64,000 nucleotides of DNA, taken from contig JACPHO010000006.1 of NCBI GenBank assembly GCA_016188545.1, positions 693 through 64,692 on the forward strand. The letters run 5' to 3'. The notes under the pieces are model-generated. The model was not told where the DNA came from. It did not search any database and saw nothing but the letters and a program-made list of their open reading frames with translations. The position numbers and the translations under genes are program-made. This document shows positions 1-10,609 of this stretch, in pieces; position 1 is the stretch's first letter, and the number at the start of each line of letters is the position of its first letter. This DNA comes from Candidatus Shapirobacteria bacterium (GTDB lineage Bacteria > Patescibacteriota > Microgenomatia > UBA12405).

Positions 1-321
1 AGAAGTTAGAAGTTTTCCATTATAAAGATACATTCCAATCTCTGCTTGCAAACTATCAACTCTCTCCCCATAAGCATTCATCAAATAGCTCATCGACCTT
101 CCACTACTAATGGTAATGTGGAATCTTTTTTTAAGCTTATTTAACTTCTCCAAAAAATCAATCCGGGGCGGATAGCTTTCCAGTACTAGTTGTCCATTTT
201 CAAATAAAAATTCTGTCCCTTTTTGCTTAGTAACCCCATCACCATCAAAACAAATCACTTTAATATTCGCCAAATATTCACTTGTTAGTTGCTCTATTGG
301 CAAATTCAAATTCGTCTGCAT
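1..321 (-). CDS. HAD-superfamily (Cof/IIB-like) hydrolase, N-terminal part; runs off the window start
   Basis: Manual translation MQTNLNLPIEQLTSEYLANIKVICFDGDGVT...HITISSGRS: HAD motif I (DxDG) and motif II (SSGR). Confidence 0.75.
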   Translation of the reverse strand, partial: MQTNLNLPIEQLTSEYLANIKVICFDGDGVTKQKGTEFLFENGQLVLESYPPRIDFLEKLNKLKKRFHITISSGRSMSYLMNAYGERVDSLQAEIGMYLYNGKLLTS

Positions 322-330
322 TAACCAATT

Positions 331-690
331 CTACACGTTTACCAACTTTTTCAACACCTCCAGACCCAAATAAGCACATTTTTTCCGGCTTGGAGTCAAT
401 TCTACTCCCATTATTTTTTCAATCTCCGTTCCCGACATTTTTTTTATTTCAGTTAACTTTTTTCCAATTACCATGTCAAGAAGTATATCGGCAGCAGCCA
501 GAGATATCGCACAGCCTCCCCCGGAAAATTTAGCGTCGACTATTTTTCCTTTCTCAACTTTAGCCGTAATCCGCAAACTATCACCACAGCTCATATTCAC
601 TTCACCAGCCTCAATCCCACCTTCAAGTATTCCCTTATGTGTCGGGTATTTGTAATGATCCAAAATTATTTCCTGATATAGATCATCCAT
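331..690 (-). CDS. sufU: SUF system Fe-S assembly protein SufU (NifU-like)
   Basis: LYQEIILDHYK, NxSCGD, GCAIS, SRKKCA motifs; directly after sufS. Confidence 0.92.
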   Translation of the reverse strand: MDDLYQEIILDHYKYPTHKGILEGGIEAGEVNMSCGDSLRITAKVEKGKIVDAKFSGGGCAISLAAADILLDMVIGKKLTEIKKMSGTEIEKIMGVELTPSRKKCAYLGLEVLKKLVNV

Positions 691-1915
691 TATCTGTCTC
701 CTCAAAAATTTTCCTTACCTCTATTAGTCCTTCGACAAATGCATCAATATCCTCTTTGGTGCTATAAATACCCAAACTTGCCCTCAGAGTCCCAGATGGC
801 AACCCCATTAGATTATGTAGTGGCATAGCGCAGTGATGTCCAGCTCGGACGCATACGTTAAATTTTGACCCCAAAATTGAGCTCCAGTCGTGGGCAGTTC
901 CCATGTCTTCGTCGTTAAAAACAACTGAAAACACTCCAATCCGGTTATTTTTTTTACCCAAAACCCTTATATTACTGTACTTTTCTAACTTACCAATAGC
1001 ATAGTCAATCAGTTCTTTTTCATGACTAGCCACTGTCTCCATTCCAATTCCCGACAAAAAATCTACAGCAGCACCCAACCCAATTACTTGAGCAATTGGT
1101 GGTGTCCCCGCCTCAAACTTTTCCGGCCCGATCGCCCAACTTGCCCCTTCCTTGTGTACTTCCTTAATCATTCCCCCACCAAAGTTTTCTGGGGACATTT
1201 GTAGTTGGCGAGATGCTTTGGCATACAGCACCCCCACCCCAGTTGGCCCATACATTTTATGAGCCGAAAATGCATAAAAATCAACATTAAGTTCCTGAAT
1301 ATCTACCTTAAAATGTCCCACTGCCTGGGCTCCATCAATCACAATACAAATTTTCGGATTTATTTTTCGGGCTCGCTCAACTATTTCCTCAATTGGATTT
1401 ACAGTTCCCAGCACATTGCTTACCTGGGTCAATGCAATCAGTTTTGTTTTAGGACCAATATAGGTCTCCATGTCTGCCATAACTAGCTGAAAATCCTCCA
1501 CCAACCAATATCTAAGTATTGCCCCTTTACGTTTACACAATTCTTGCCATGGAACCAAGTTTGAATGATGCTCCATCTCACTAATTACCACTTCATCCCC
1601 TTCAAGAATATTATCCTCTCCCCAACCTCTAGACACCAAATTAAGGGAAGCTGTTGTTCCGGAAGTAAAAACAACTTCACTTTCATGCTTAGTATTTATA
1701 AAGGTGGCTACTTTCTTTCGTACGTTTTCGTACTCCATTGTTGCCCTTTCAGACATTGGGTACAGCCCCCTGTGAATATTTGCTGAATACTCGGTGTAAT
1801 ATTCCATAATCTTGTCCAGTACCACTTGTGGTTTTAGAGTTGTCGCTCCACTATCCAAGTAATGTAGATCAGGATTTTTGATTAGTAGTGGAAAAAGTTT
1901 TTTATAATCTGCCAT
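683..1915 (-). CDS. sufS: Cysteine desulfurase SufS
   Basis: YLDSGATTLKP, FSAHKMYGPTG (PLP lysine), RAGHHCA. Confidence 0.96.
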   Translation of the reverse strand: MADYKKLFPLLIKNPDLHYLDSGATTLKPQVVLDKIMEYYTEYSANIHRGLYPMSERATMEYENVRKKVATFINTKHESEVVFTSGTTASLNLVSRGWGEDNILEGDEVVISEMEHHSNLVPWQELCKRKGAILRYWLVEDFQLVMADMETYIGPKTKLIALTQVSNVLGTVNPIEEIVERARKINPKICIVIDGAQAVGHFKVDIQELNVDFYAFSAHKMYGPTGVGVLYAKASRQLQMSPENFGGGMIKEVHKEGASWAIGPEKFEAGTPPIAQVIGLGAAVDFLSGIGMETVASHEKELIDYAIGKLEKYSNIRVLGKKNNRIGVFSVVFNDEDMGTAHDWSSILGSKFNVCVRAGHHCAMPLHNLMGLPSGTLRASLGIYSTKEDIDAFVEGLIEVRKIFEETDNG

Positions 1916-1970
1916 ATTTTATTTTAGTACTATTTTTTATTACGAAACGTTGTTTATATTTTAGTAATTA

Positions 1971-2040
1971 TGAAGTAATAATTTTTTAGTTCGTTGAGCC
2001 CATACTTGGACCTCACTGGAACTAAAAAATTCGTTAACGA
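1971..2040. repeat. Palindromic repeat AATTTTTTAG...CTAAAAAATTCGT (same family as the insert in epmA)
   Basis: 13-bp arms aattttttagttc / gaactaaaaaatt; both ends match 15288-15374. Confidence 0.65.
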
Positions 2041-2051
2041 ATAATTACCAG

Positions 2052-2471
2052 TTAAGATAAAAACGCCTCAATAATCAACTCTTCAGACTCTTTTTTTGAT
2101 AATCCTCGACTCATCAGATAAAATATTTGCTCTTCATCAATTCTCCCTACTGACGCTGCGTGCGAAGCCTTAACCTCATTACATTCAATCTCAAGTTCTG
2201 GGATCGCTTCGGCTCGGGCATTTTCTCCCACAAGTAGTACTTTCTGTCTCAAAAACCCCTCAACCAACTCTGCCCCATTAGCAATAATAATCGTCCCTTT
2301 AAGTTTTAAAAAAGCGTTCTCTCGAACTACAGCCCGAATTTCCACCTCTCCAGTCTGACGTGGTTTGGTATATCTGGATACAGTTGTTAGGTTTACCGTC
2401 TCCCCCGGATTCACCACTAAAATCTTTTTCAGATTCAATCCGTTGTAGTTAATATTTATTACTTTTGTCAT
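2052..2471 (-). CDS. sufD: Short SufD-family Fe-S assembly protein (C-terminal region only)
   Basis: IPELEIECNEVKASHAASVGRIDEEQIFYLMSRG; position between sufB and sufS. Confidence 0.85.
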   Translation of the reverse strand: MTKVININYNGLNLKKILVVNPGETVNLTTVSRYTKPRQTGEVEIRAVVRENAFLKLKGTIIIANGAELVEGFLRQKVLLVGENARAEAIPELEIECNEVKASHAASVGRIDEEQIFYLMSRGLSKKESEELIIEAFLS

Positions 2472-2513
2472 TATGTTTTTATTTTTTACTTTTGAATTTA
2501 GAATTTGTCGGCA

Positions 2514-3944
2514 TCAGCCGACACTCCCCTCCATTTGCAAATTGATTAATCGGTTTAACTCAAGACTATATTCCATTGGCAATTCTTTGACTATCGGTTC
2601 GATAAAGCCATTAACGATCATTGCCTCAGCTTCATGCTCTTCGAATCCTCGCGACATTAGGTAGAACAATTGCTCTTCCCCTATCTTACTTACAGTTGCT
2701 TCATGCTCTAGGACTACATTATTTTCATCAATTTTATTGACTGGGTACGTGTCGCTACGGCTGGTTTTATCTAAAATTAAGGCGTCGCAAACCACCTTAC
2801 TTCTCGAATTACTGGCCCCCTTGTTCATCCGTATGAGACCACGATAGCTAGCCCGCCCTCCCCGAAGACTAATTGATTTAGAAATAATTCTACTAGTAGT
2901 ATCTGAAGCCAGATGAACACATTTTCCACCAGCATCTTGATGTTGGCCATTTCCAGCTACGGCTACTGACAAAATCTCACCATGAGCTCTTTTACCCACC
3001 AAAAATACTGCCGGGTACTTCATGGTAACTTTGCTTCCCAAGTTACCATCAATCCACTCCATTACTCCATCTTCCTCGACCCTAGCCCTCTTAGTCACCA
3101 AGTTGTACACGTTAGTCGACCAGTTTTGAATAGTGGTATAGCGACACCTGGCATTCTTTTTTACAAAAATTTCCACCACTGCCGAATGTAGCGAGTCTGT
3201 CGTATATATTGGGGCAGTACAGCCTTCAACATAATGGACATAAGCCCCCTCATCGACAATGATCAGTGTCCTTTCAAATTGTCCCATATTTGCCGAATTT
3301 ATCCGAAAATATGCTTGCAGTGGCAGATCAACTTTTACTCCCTTGGGCACATAAATAAATGATCCTCCAGACCAGACCGCACTGTTTAAAGCGGCGAACT
3401 TATTATCAGCACTAGGAATAATTTTTCCAAAATATTCTTTAACCAGTTCCGGATATTTAATAAGTGCCTCATCCATCCCGCAGAAGATTATCCCCATATC
3501 GGACAACCGATTGATCAAGCTTCCATAGACCACTTCCGATTCGTACTGAGCTTTAACACCACCTAAGTATTGCTTTTCTGCCTCAGGGATCCCTAATCTA
3601 TCATAAGTATTTTTAATATCTGCAGGCACATCTTCCCATTTTTTTTCAGTTCTTTCACTGGGTTTGATGTAATAAAAGATATTGTCAAAATCAATTCCCG
3701 ACAAATCAGCTCCAAAATCCGGCATCGGCTTATCCAAGAACAACTTATAAGCATGAAGCCGGTATTCCGCCATCCAAAGTGGCTCCTTTTTCATTGCCGA
3801 TATCATTCGGACTACCTTTTCGTTTAGTCCTCTTTCAGCTTTAAACACATAGTTTTCCGGCATGGAAAAGCCATACTTGTACTCACCAGGAGAATAATTT
3901 GTATCTTCAGGTTTAGTATCTTTAATTGGGGCAAATCTAGTCAT
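2514..3944 (-). CDS. sufB: Fe-S cluster assembly protein SufB
   Basis: [40 protein letters not shown]. Confidence 0.97.
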   Translation of the reverse strand: MTRFAPIKDTKPEDTNYSPGEYKYGFSMPENYVFKAERGLNEKVVRMISAMKKEPLWMAEYRLHAYKLFLDKPMPDFGADLSGIDFDNIFYYIKPSERTEKKWEDVPADIKNTYDRLGIPEAEKQYLGGVKAQYESEVVYGSLINRLSDMGIIFCGMDEALIKYPELVKEYFGKIIPSADNKFAALNSAVWSGGSFIYVPKGVKVDLPLQAYFRINSANMGQFERTLIIVDEGAYVHYVEGCTAPIYTTDSLHSAVVEIFVKKNARCRYTTIQNWSTNVYNLVTKRARVEEDGVMEWIDGNLGSKVTMKYPAVFLVGKRAHGEILSVAVAGNGQHQDAGGKCVHLASDTTSRIISKSISLRGGRASYRGLIRMNKGASNSRSKVVCDALILDKTSRSDTYPVNKIDENNVVLEHEATVSKIGEEQLFYLMSRGFEEHEAEAMIVNGFIEPIVKELPMEYSLELNRLINLQMEGSVG

Positions 3945-4702
3945 TAATTTTCGTTTTTGTAACCATCTTTTTCAATCTTCACCGCCAGCTCTCCGGTTCC
4001 CGACCGTACAATCAACCCACCTTTAAGCACAATTACTCTATCAGGGATTAAGTATTTCAAAATTCGGTTGTAGTGAGTAATCACCAGGACACCGATTTTT
4101 CTTTGTTTGGCCACCAGGGCTACCGTTTTGGCAATCCGTTTTAAAGCATCCACATCCAACCCCGAATCGATTTCGTCCAAAATTACTTGTTTTGGGTTAA
4201 AAACAATTAACTGAAGAATCTCTAATTTCTTTTTTTCTCCACCAGAAAATCCGTCATTCAATCCTCTTTTAAGTAAATCTGGATTCAATTCCAATAGTTC
4301 TGCTTGCTTCTCAATCCAGGCTCGAAACTCAATTAATTTCATCCCTTTTCCTTCGGGATTACGCTTTTTATAAAGTTGGTACAGAAAGCTGTTTACAGTT
4401 AGGCCACTTATAGCTACCGGATACTGGTTTGCCAGAAAAAGCCCCTCGTTAGCTCTTTCATCTGGACTCATCTCATCCAACACTTTTCCACCTAGTTCTA
4501 TGTTTTTACTTTTTACTTTTGAATTTTTACTTTTGACTATCTCGTATTTTGGATGACCAGCCAAGGCAAAGGCTAGGGTTGATTTTCCCGATCCATTTGG
4601 ACCCATGACAGCGACCACTTCACCAGGTTTTACCTCAAGACCAACTCCTTTTAGAATTTCTTTTCCGCCAACATTTACCCTCAAATTGGTTATTTTCATC
4701 AT
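3944..4702 (-). CDS. sufC: Fe-S cluster assembly ATPase SufC
   Basis: [35 protein letters not shown]. Confidence 0.96.
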   Translation of the reverse strand: MMKITNLRVNVGGKEILKGVGLEVKPGEVVAVMGPNGSGKSTLAFALAGHPKYEIVKSKNSKVKSKNIELGGKVLDEMSPDERANEGLFLANQYPVAISGLTVNSFLYQLYKKRNPEGKGMKLIEFRAWIEKQAELLELNPDLLKRGLNDGFSGGEKKKLEILQLIVFNPKQVILDEIDSGLDVDALKRIAKTVALVAKQRKIGVLVITHYNRILKYLIPDRVIVLKGGLIVRSGTGELAVKIEKDGYKNEN

Positions 4703-4772
4703 ACTCCTACTATTTTAGTAGTAGTATGGCCAATTTACAATAGGTAGCTGAAACTGGCTATACTCTATTCTG

Positions 4773-4845
4773 AGCCTGGAAAGGAACTTGAATCCTTGAC
4801 CTTCCCCTTACCAAGGGGATGCTCTACCAACTGAGCTATCCAGGC
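4773..4845 (-). tRNA. tRNA-Thr(GGT)
   Basis: Cloverleaf GCCTGGA...TCCAGGC; anticodon arm TCCCC-TT GGT AA-GGGGA; CCA not encoded. Confidence 0.93.
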
Positions 4846-4944
4846 GACTCGCTATTGTAACAAAAATTTTACCACTTACTAACCAGAAGATAGGTTCTTT
4901 TGCTATAATTCCTCATCTTAATTAGTAATTATTAATTAATTTCC

Positions 4945-5029
4945 GGAGAGTGGGCAGGACGGTAATGCGCTAGTCTTGAAAACTAGTGGGAGCAATCCCT
5001 AACAGGTTCGACCCCTGTACTCTCCGCCA
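4945..5029 (+). tRNA. tRNA-Ser(TGA)
   Basis: GGAGAGT...ACTCTCC-G-CCA; anticodon arm CTAGT-CT TGA AA-ACTAG; long variable arm GGGAGCAATCCC. Confidence 0.93.
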
Positions 5030-5166
5030 GTTGGGAAAAGCGGGCGAATTCAGCAAAATTCGCCAGCCGATATTGCCCTGAAATCCGAAATTTTTATCTT
5101 TTAAAACGAAGTTCAAGCCGATATTTTTTAAGAAACTCCTAAATTCATAAGGATTGTTTTTCCCTA

Positions 5167-6189
5167 TTAATACTCCCTAAGTACCTGCAATATCTTTTCA
5201 GATAAGAAGGCAAACTCTTCTTTTGATTTCTCAATATTCTCTTTAGTTCCAACTTGAATCTCTTCGATTAAACTTGGATCTAGGTCAAAAATAGCAACAC
5301 CAATTTCCTGACATTTAGCCGGTATTCGGCCATAATCTTGAATTACTGCCAGTGGATTTTTCCAACTTTTTTCAACCAAACCATTACGACCATGTTTTTC
5401 TGATAGATACTTCTTAACTTTATTTGGAATTTCTTCAATCCAATGACGATGGTCTTTAATGGGTTTCTTGGCATAGACATTGTATGCATTAACAATATAG
5501 CCAATGAATAGCCCATCACCTGATAATACGAATTTACTCTCAGTACTACCTGACAAAGCCTTACCGGTAACTTTCCAATTTTGTTTCCATTTCTCGAACA
5601 TACTACCCAAGTTTTCAATACCTTGAACCGAAAAAGCGTCAGGCATCATTGGGACAACAAAATAATCTGATCCAAGAAAAATAATTTGATTTAGCAAACT
5701 GAGACTAGGAGAACTGTCAATAATAAAAATATCAACTTCATCGTTTAACCCTTTTTCCCGCAAAAATCTATCAATGGCACTAGTTTGGAAATAGCCTAAT
5801 TGTTGGCCGGCAGCCGCTTGTCCGTAAGCAGTAACTAATATATTTTCATATTGAGATAAGTTGACACTACCTTTTAATAAATACAAATTCTCAACATTGT
5901 TACTTTTAATGAAAGGTACAGTTAAGTCAATATCAGCACCACCTTGGACTATGCCTTTTAAAACATCTGAAATATCTTTGTAGGTTGAAGAGAATAATGT
6001 GTCGGTGTAGTTGTTGTCCCCCAAAACTAAACGCGACAAATTGCATTGAGGATCAAGGTCAACTAAGACAACTTTATACCCCTGCTTGGCTAAAAATACG
6101 CCAACATTATAAGATAACGTAGTTTTACCAACACCACCTTTATTATTTGCAAAAAGGAGTTTTTTGGTACGAGGAAAAATCATGCTCAA
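5167..6189 (-). CDS. Stand-alone ParA/Soj-family ATPase
   Basis: Deviant Walker A NNKGGVGKTT, DLDPQCNL, IDSSPSL; no ParB nearby. Confidence 0.85.
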   Translation of the reverse strand: MSMIFPRTKKLLFANNKGGVGKTTLSYNVGVFLAKQGYKVVLVDLDPQCNLSRLVLGDNNYTDTLFSSTYKDISDVLKGIVQGGADIDLTVPFIKSNNVENLYLLKGSVNLSQYENILVTAYGQAAAGQQLGYFQTSAIDRFLREKGLNDEVDIFIIDSSPSLSLLNQIIFLGSDYFVVPMMPDAFSVQGIENLGSMFEKWKQNWKVTGKALSGSTESKFVLSGDGLFIGYIVNAYNVYAKKPIKDHRHWIEEIPNKVKKYLSEKHGRNGLVEKSWKNPLAVIQDYGRIPAKCQEIGVAIFDLDPSLIEEIQVGTKENIEKSKEEFAFLSEKILQVLREY

Positions 6190-6203
6190 ATTAGTTTATC
6201 ATA

Positions 6204-6800
6204 GAGGTAGCTATTCTTTTATCGGCTTTTAGTGTTCTACTTTCTGCAAAAAGCTTGAAAGATATTTTTCTTTTAACGATCAAAGATACGAGCCCACCTT
6301 TGTATTACTTTTTGCTTCATTTTTGGTTGTTTATTTTATTTCTGCTCTTTGGGTATCAATATTTCACGAGAGATATTTAATACCAATTTTACCGATTTTT
6401 ATTATTTGGATAGTTTATTCTTTATTTAAATTGTCCAACTTAAATAAAACCATTATCATATGTCATTTTTGCTATCAGTATTTCTTATGTTATCTTTCTG
6501 GTTCGAGGTTCTGAAGAAATAGTTAAAAAGACAACTAAACCTGCTATTAATTATGGTGTTTCTCAAGTTCTTTCTCAAATTGGTAGTGACGATGTAATAA
6601 TTCCAGAATCGGAACTTAATTTTTTGGAAATTAAATATTACGTAAAAAAACAGAGGCCAGATATACCTGTATATGTCTATTTACCTAATAGAAATCCCGT
6701 ATTCTATATTGGTTCGGTTTTATTTGAAGAAAGTGAAATTATTGATAAATATCCAGAAAATAAAAAGATTTGGATTATTACAAAAGATGGAAAGGTTCCA
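6204..6800 (+). pseudogene. Remnant of a GT-C (ArnT/PMT-like) membrane glycosyltransferase with an internal deletion and frameshifts
   Basis: Frame 1 AFSVLL...KDTSPPLYYFLLHFW jumps straight to a late motif FHERYLIPILP in frame 2, then a third frame; no start codon or DE motif. Confidence 0.65.
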
Positions 6801-6819
6801 AGCCTCACAACACCGCCAA

Positions 6820-7083
6820 TCAGTCTCTCCCCACCCTTCGCGGTGGATGCAAAACGTGGTCAAAAATCATAAAGTGACCCGTCGACTCTTTAACTTCATG
6901 CAAAAAACCGTCCCCCGCTGCTTCCTGAACATCCAAAAAGTGACCTCTATGTCTTGGAATATCCCAAATAGCAGCTTTGGCAGCAGCCACCCCTTCTTCA
7001 CTCGTCACCGCCAATCGAGTCCCTCCACAAGTTAGACAAAGAATCACTCTTAACCCAGACTTATTTTCCATTTTATTTACCAA
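6820..7083 (-). CDS. Small hypothetical protein with CxxC
   Basis: ORF overlapping the end of the upstream gene; CLTC motif. Confidence 0.45.
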   Translation of the reverse strand: MVNKMENKSGLRVILCLTCGGTRLAVTSEEGVAAAKAAIWDIPRHRGHFLDVQEAAGDGFLHEVKESTGHFMIFDHVLHPPRRVGRD

Positions 7084-7411
7084 TCATTCTACCCACAGCC
7101 ATTGACAACAAACTCATTACTAATGTCGCTATTAAGGTTGTTTTAAAAGAGTCACTACCTACCCCCGGTACGACCTTCATCGCCAGTTGCAACACAATCG
7201 CGTTAATAACAAAGGTAAATAGTCCTAAAGTAAGGATGTTAATAGGTAACGTCAATAAGAATAATATCGGCTTTACCAACACGTTCAGTAAACTCAACAC
7301 CAACACTAGTACCAGAGCCCCCGTGAATCCAGAGACCATAAAACCAGGAACTAGATATGCGGTAGCCAATATAACCATCGCCCGAAGTACCCAGCTAATT
7401 AGATTATCCAT
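7073..7411 (-). CDS. YvlD/phage-holin-family 4-TM membrane protein
   Basis: LNVLVKPILFLLTLPINILTLGLFTFVINA signature. Confidence 0.88.
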   Translation of the reverse strand: MDNLISWVLRAMVILATAYLVPGFMVSGFTGALVLVLVLSLLNVLVKPILFLLTLPINILTLGLFTFVINAIVLQLAMKVVPGVGSDSFKTTLIATLVMSLLSMAVGRMIGK

Positions 7412-7450
7412 ATCCTATTATAATACATACGCTTTCTGCTAATCTTAATC

Positions 7451-8905
7451 GTGGACAGTATCAACACCTCAATCAAAAGTCACACCGGACTCATCATTAT
7501 AATAGCTATCGCTGTTAGCTTTGTCTTCCCTGGGTTTGGCTCCCAACTAAAACCTTATCTCAACTCATTTTTAATTGCCATGATGTTCCTTAGCTGTCTT
7601 GACCTTAAGATATCCGAAATCGTTCATAGCCTAAGTGATTTCAAAAACATTTCTTTAATGCTCGTCATTGTTCACATGGTATCCCCCTTAATAATATTTT
7701 TACTTCAAGGCTACTTCTCCCCACCTGTATTTCTCGGGTTGATTATTTCTGCCACGATTCCTGCCGGCCGTAGCGCCGTCTTTTTATCACACATCTATGG
7801 TGGAGTTCCCATTAAAGCCCTAGTGTCTACCTCGGTCAGTAATTTTCTCAGCCCAATTACTGTTCCACTTTTTGTTTGGGTCTTTGCCCATACCGTCATC
7901 AAAATGGATCTTTTCGATATGAGTCGGACAATAGTTTATCTTGTAGCAATCCCTCTAATACTGGCGGTACTATTCGGTAAAACAAAGTATGGCCATAAAC
8001 TAAATGAATACTCACCCAGTATTTCGATAGTCATTTTATTCTTCATCATCTTGGGAATTATTTCGCCACTAAAAAATGTCGTCGTCGAAAATCTTCAACT
8101 ATCACTAATTCTGGGAGTCGTAATTTCTGTTCTGATCGTCGTCGACTTTTGCCTCGGCTACTTTTTAGGCAAAAATCACCCCGAGAAAGTTACCTACGCT
8201 ATCAGTAGTAGTTACAAAAACTACACCTTAGGAACACTTTTAGCCTTGACTGTTTTCACTCCTCTAGTCGCCCTACCATCAGTTATTTATACAGTCGTGT
8301 CTAATCTACTTTTGATTCCACTCCAAATGTTTCTTGCACCAAAAACTAAACCCAAGCCACACCACCATCACAAACGTCACAATGTTTTTCTCTTGGTGTC
8401 AGGGGTGTTTTTCGCCATAGTCCTCGCCTATAGTCCACTTCTCAACACTCTTCTTGAATACTTTTCCCCACACCCCCTCATTACTGCCTTCATTGCTGGT
8501 GTGCTGTTTGCCTCAACTTTTACAGTTGCCACAGGGGGCATACTGCTTATAAAGCTCAGTGAGCATTACTCCCCCCTCCTTCTGATTCTTTCCGCTGGTA
8601 TGGGTGCAGCTTTTTGCGACTATCTAATTTTCTCCCTCGTCAAAGACAAAGCTCCAACTCATGTCGCCCCTGTTTATAAAAACATGTTCAACCATAGTCA
8701 TCTCCATAAGATTCTCCATACCCATTACTTTGCTTGGACTTTACCAGTCATTGGCGCCATTGTTATGGCTTCACCTCTTCCTGATGAAATAGCTGTCAGT
8801 CTTTTGGGGATATCCAAGTTAACTGATACCAAATTTATACTTATAGCCCTAACCTCGCATCTAATCGGTATGGCCATCGTCGTTGCCGGTTCTAGACTAC
8901 TTTGA
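7451..8905 (+). CDS. Bile acid:Na+ symporter (BASS) family transporter fused to a C-terminal membrane domain through a His-rich linker
   Basis: About 10 TM segments with IPAGRSA...GG; PKPHHHHKRH linker; second membrane domain with ASPLPDE. Confidence 0.75.
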   Translation: MDSINTSIKSHTGLIIIIAIAVSFVFPGFGSQLKPYLNSFLIAMMFLSCLDLKISEIVHSLSDFKNISLMLVIVHMVSPLIIFLLQGYFSPPVFLGLIISATIPAGRSAVFLSHIYGGVPIKALVSTSVSNFLSPITVPLFVWVFAHTVIKMDLFDMSRTIVYLVAIPLILAVLFGKTKYGHKLNEYSPSISIVILFFIILGIISPLKNVVVENLQLSLILGVVISVLIVVDFCLGYFLGKNHPEKVTYAISSSYKNYTLGTLLALTVFTPLVALPSVIYTVVSNLLLIPLQMFLAPKTKPKPHHHHKRHNVFLLVSGVFFAIVLAYSPLLNTLLEYFSPHPLITAFIAGVLFASTFTVATGGILLIKLSEHYSPLLLILSAGMGAAFCDYLIFSLVKDKAPTHVAPVYKNMFNHSHLHKILHTHYFAWTLPVIGAIVMASPLPDEIAVSLLGISKLTDTKFILIALTSHLIGMAIVVAGSRLL

Positions 8906-8942
8906 CATGGTATTCTTAGTTGTTAATGTTTAATCTCTTCCC

Positions 8943-9260
8943 ATGAATATTCAGATCATTGGTGATAACTTTAACGTCTCTCAAAGCACTAAAGACCTTG
9001 TTGAAGAAAAAGTCGGTAAACGATTAGATAAACTCCTGACTAAGTTTGCCCCGGAAATGAAAATAGTCCTGATGCATATTGAAAAGGATAAATTTGACAA
9101 CCTTCACATCAACTTGGATATGAACCTCCCAGGTAAAGAACACATCTTTGCTAACACCTCACACAAAATTCTTGAGTCAGGACTAATTCACCTCGCTGAA
9201 GAAACAGAAAAACAAATTAAAAAATATAAAGACAAACTCGCTAACTATAGCCTGGGTTAA
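8943..9260 (+). CDS. hpf: Ribosome hibernation factor, short HPF/RaiA type
   Basis: MNIQIIGDNFNVS...VEEKV..RLDK; LEKQI-type C-terminal helix; 105 aa. Confidence 0.8.
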   Translation: MNIQIIGDNFNVSQSTKDLVEEKVGKRLDKLLTKFAPEMKIVLMHIEKDKFDNLHINLDMNLPGKEHIFANTSHKILESGLIHLAEETEKQIKKYKDKLANYSLG

Positions 9261-9276
9261 CACGATATACTGACTT

Positions 9277-10152
9277 ATGTTCCTAGCACTGCTGGTACTA
9301 TTACTTGTCGTATTTGCGCGGCCTGCTAACGCTCAAATTCCCCTATTCTACCAGCTTCTTGAAGCATATCATCCTGTTTACTATTACAATCCCATCATCA
9401 GTCTTTCTAGTCCAGAAGTTCTTGGTGTCGGAACAAGTGCTACAGCTACGGCCACCCCCACTTCTGCTCCTACTAATATTGGTGGTGGTGACAAAGTAAC
9501 CACCATAGCTCTTTTAGGTGATTCCATGATTGACACCCTTGGCCAATATGTCACTACCCTCGACCAATCCCTTGCTCGCCAGTACCCAAATCGCTCGTTT
9601 AACCTTTTAAATTATGGCGTTGGCAGCCGCGACATCGAATACGGTCTCTATCGTCTAACTAATGGTTATGAATATCAAGGAAAACATATCGACAGTTTAG
9701 TTTCCGCCAACCCCGATATTGTTGTCGTCGAATCATTTGCTTACAACAACTTTGGCAACACCCAGCCAGGTATTGATCGTCACTGGCTAGCCCTTGGAGC
9801 GATCACCACTACTATTAAACACCGACTTCCCAAAGCCAAGATAATTATTGCTGCTACTATCGCCCCCAACTCCATTGTCTACGGCAATGGCATTAAAGAC
9901 CTCCATCTAACTTCACTCGAAAAAATTGAAAAAGCTAACACCACCAAACTCTATCTCCAAAACGCCATCAATTACGCTACTTCTCAAGGGTATCCCTTAG
10001 CCAACGCTTATCAAGCCAGTCTTTCTGGTAACGACGGTCAGCGTCAATATATCAGCTCAACCGACAATCTCCACCCTTCAGCAATGGGTGCTTCACTTTT
10101 TTCTGACTCCATTGCTAAGACTATTGAAAAACACAAGTTACTTGAGAATTAA
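9277..10152 (+). CDS. Secreted SGNH/GDSL hydrolase
   Basis: Signal peptide, Thr/Pro linker, LLGDSM, NYGVG, DNLHP. Confidence 0.85.
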   Translation: MFLALLVLLLVVFARPANAQIPLFYQLLEAYHPVYYYNPIISLSSPEVLGVGTSATATATPTSAPTNIGGGDKVTTIALLGDSMIDTLGQYVTTLDQSLARQYPNRSFNLLNYGVGSRDIEYGLYRLTNGYEYQGKHIDSLVSANPDIVVVESFAYNNFGNTQPGIDRHWLALGAITTTIKHRLPKAKIIIAATIAPNSIVYGNGIKDLHLTSLEKIEKANTTKLYLQNAINYATSQGYPLANAYQASLSGNDGQRQYISSTDNLHPSAMGASLFSDSIAKTIEKHKLLEN

Positions 10153-10159
10153 TTCAAAG

Positions 10160-10378
10160 TTAAGCCGAAGCAGGTCCTACTATTCTCACTGTTGGCATTC
10201 CTGAGAAAGCTCTCCTAGATTCCTCTTCTAACTTTTGACGAATTCTCTCTGCTTCTGCGGCTGAAACAGTTTCTTTTGACCACAACGGACGACTTACACC
10301 ATCTTGATGAGTAAACATTCCCGGTACCAATCTCTCAATGATAACTTTCCCTTCAACTGCGGTTGCTGTTACTGCCAT
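10160..10378 (-). CDS. Small hypothetical protein
   Basis: 72-aa ORF in tandem with 10385-10609. Confidence 0.5.
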   Translation of the reverse strand: MAVTATAVEGKVIIERLVPGMFTHQDGVSRPLWSKETVSAAEAERIRQKLEEESRRAFSGMPTVRIVGPASA

Positions 10379-10384
10379 ATTTTT

Positions 10385-10609
10385 TTAATAACTTCTAACT
10401 AATAACTCACCACACTCACAGGTTATTTCATTTGGAATACGCCTCAAAAATGCCCCAAAATCTGGGGCATCCGTCAATTTAAATTCTTTTATCTGTAAAA
10501 TCTTGTCATCACTTACTCTAGGAACAGTACATCTCAACCCACCGCACTTATGAACATAATAGGTCAACACTCTACCAGTTACCTCACGACTCACTGCTAT
10601 TGTCGCCAT
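10385..10609 (-). CDS. Small hypothetical protein, possible zinc ribbon
   Basis: HKCGG...CECG; TACAAT 6 nt before ATG 10609. Confidence 0.5.
   Translation of the reverse strand: MATIAVSREVTGRVLTYYVHKCGGLRCTVPRVSDDKILQIKEFKLTDAPDFGAFLRRIPNEITCECGELLVRSY

Noticed and set aside
4945-5029. Opal suppressor or selenocysteine tRNA, or an alternative genetic code
   Set aside because: Anticodon TGA reads TCA (Ser); TGA is used as a stop (for example nusG and sufB) and tRNA-Trp has a normal CCA anticodon.
7073-7411. Prophage implied by the holin-family annotation
   Set aside because: This family is a common chromosomal membrane protein and there are no phage genes nearby.
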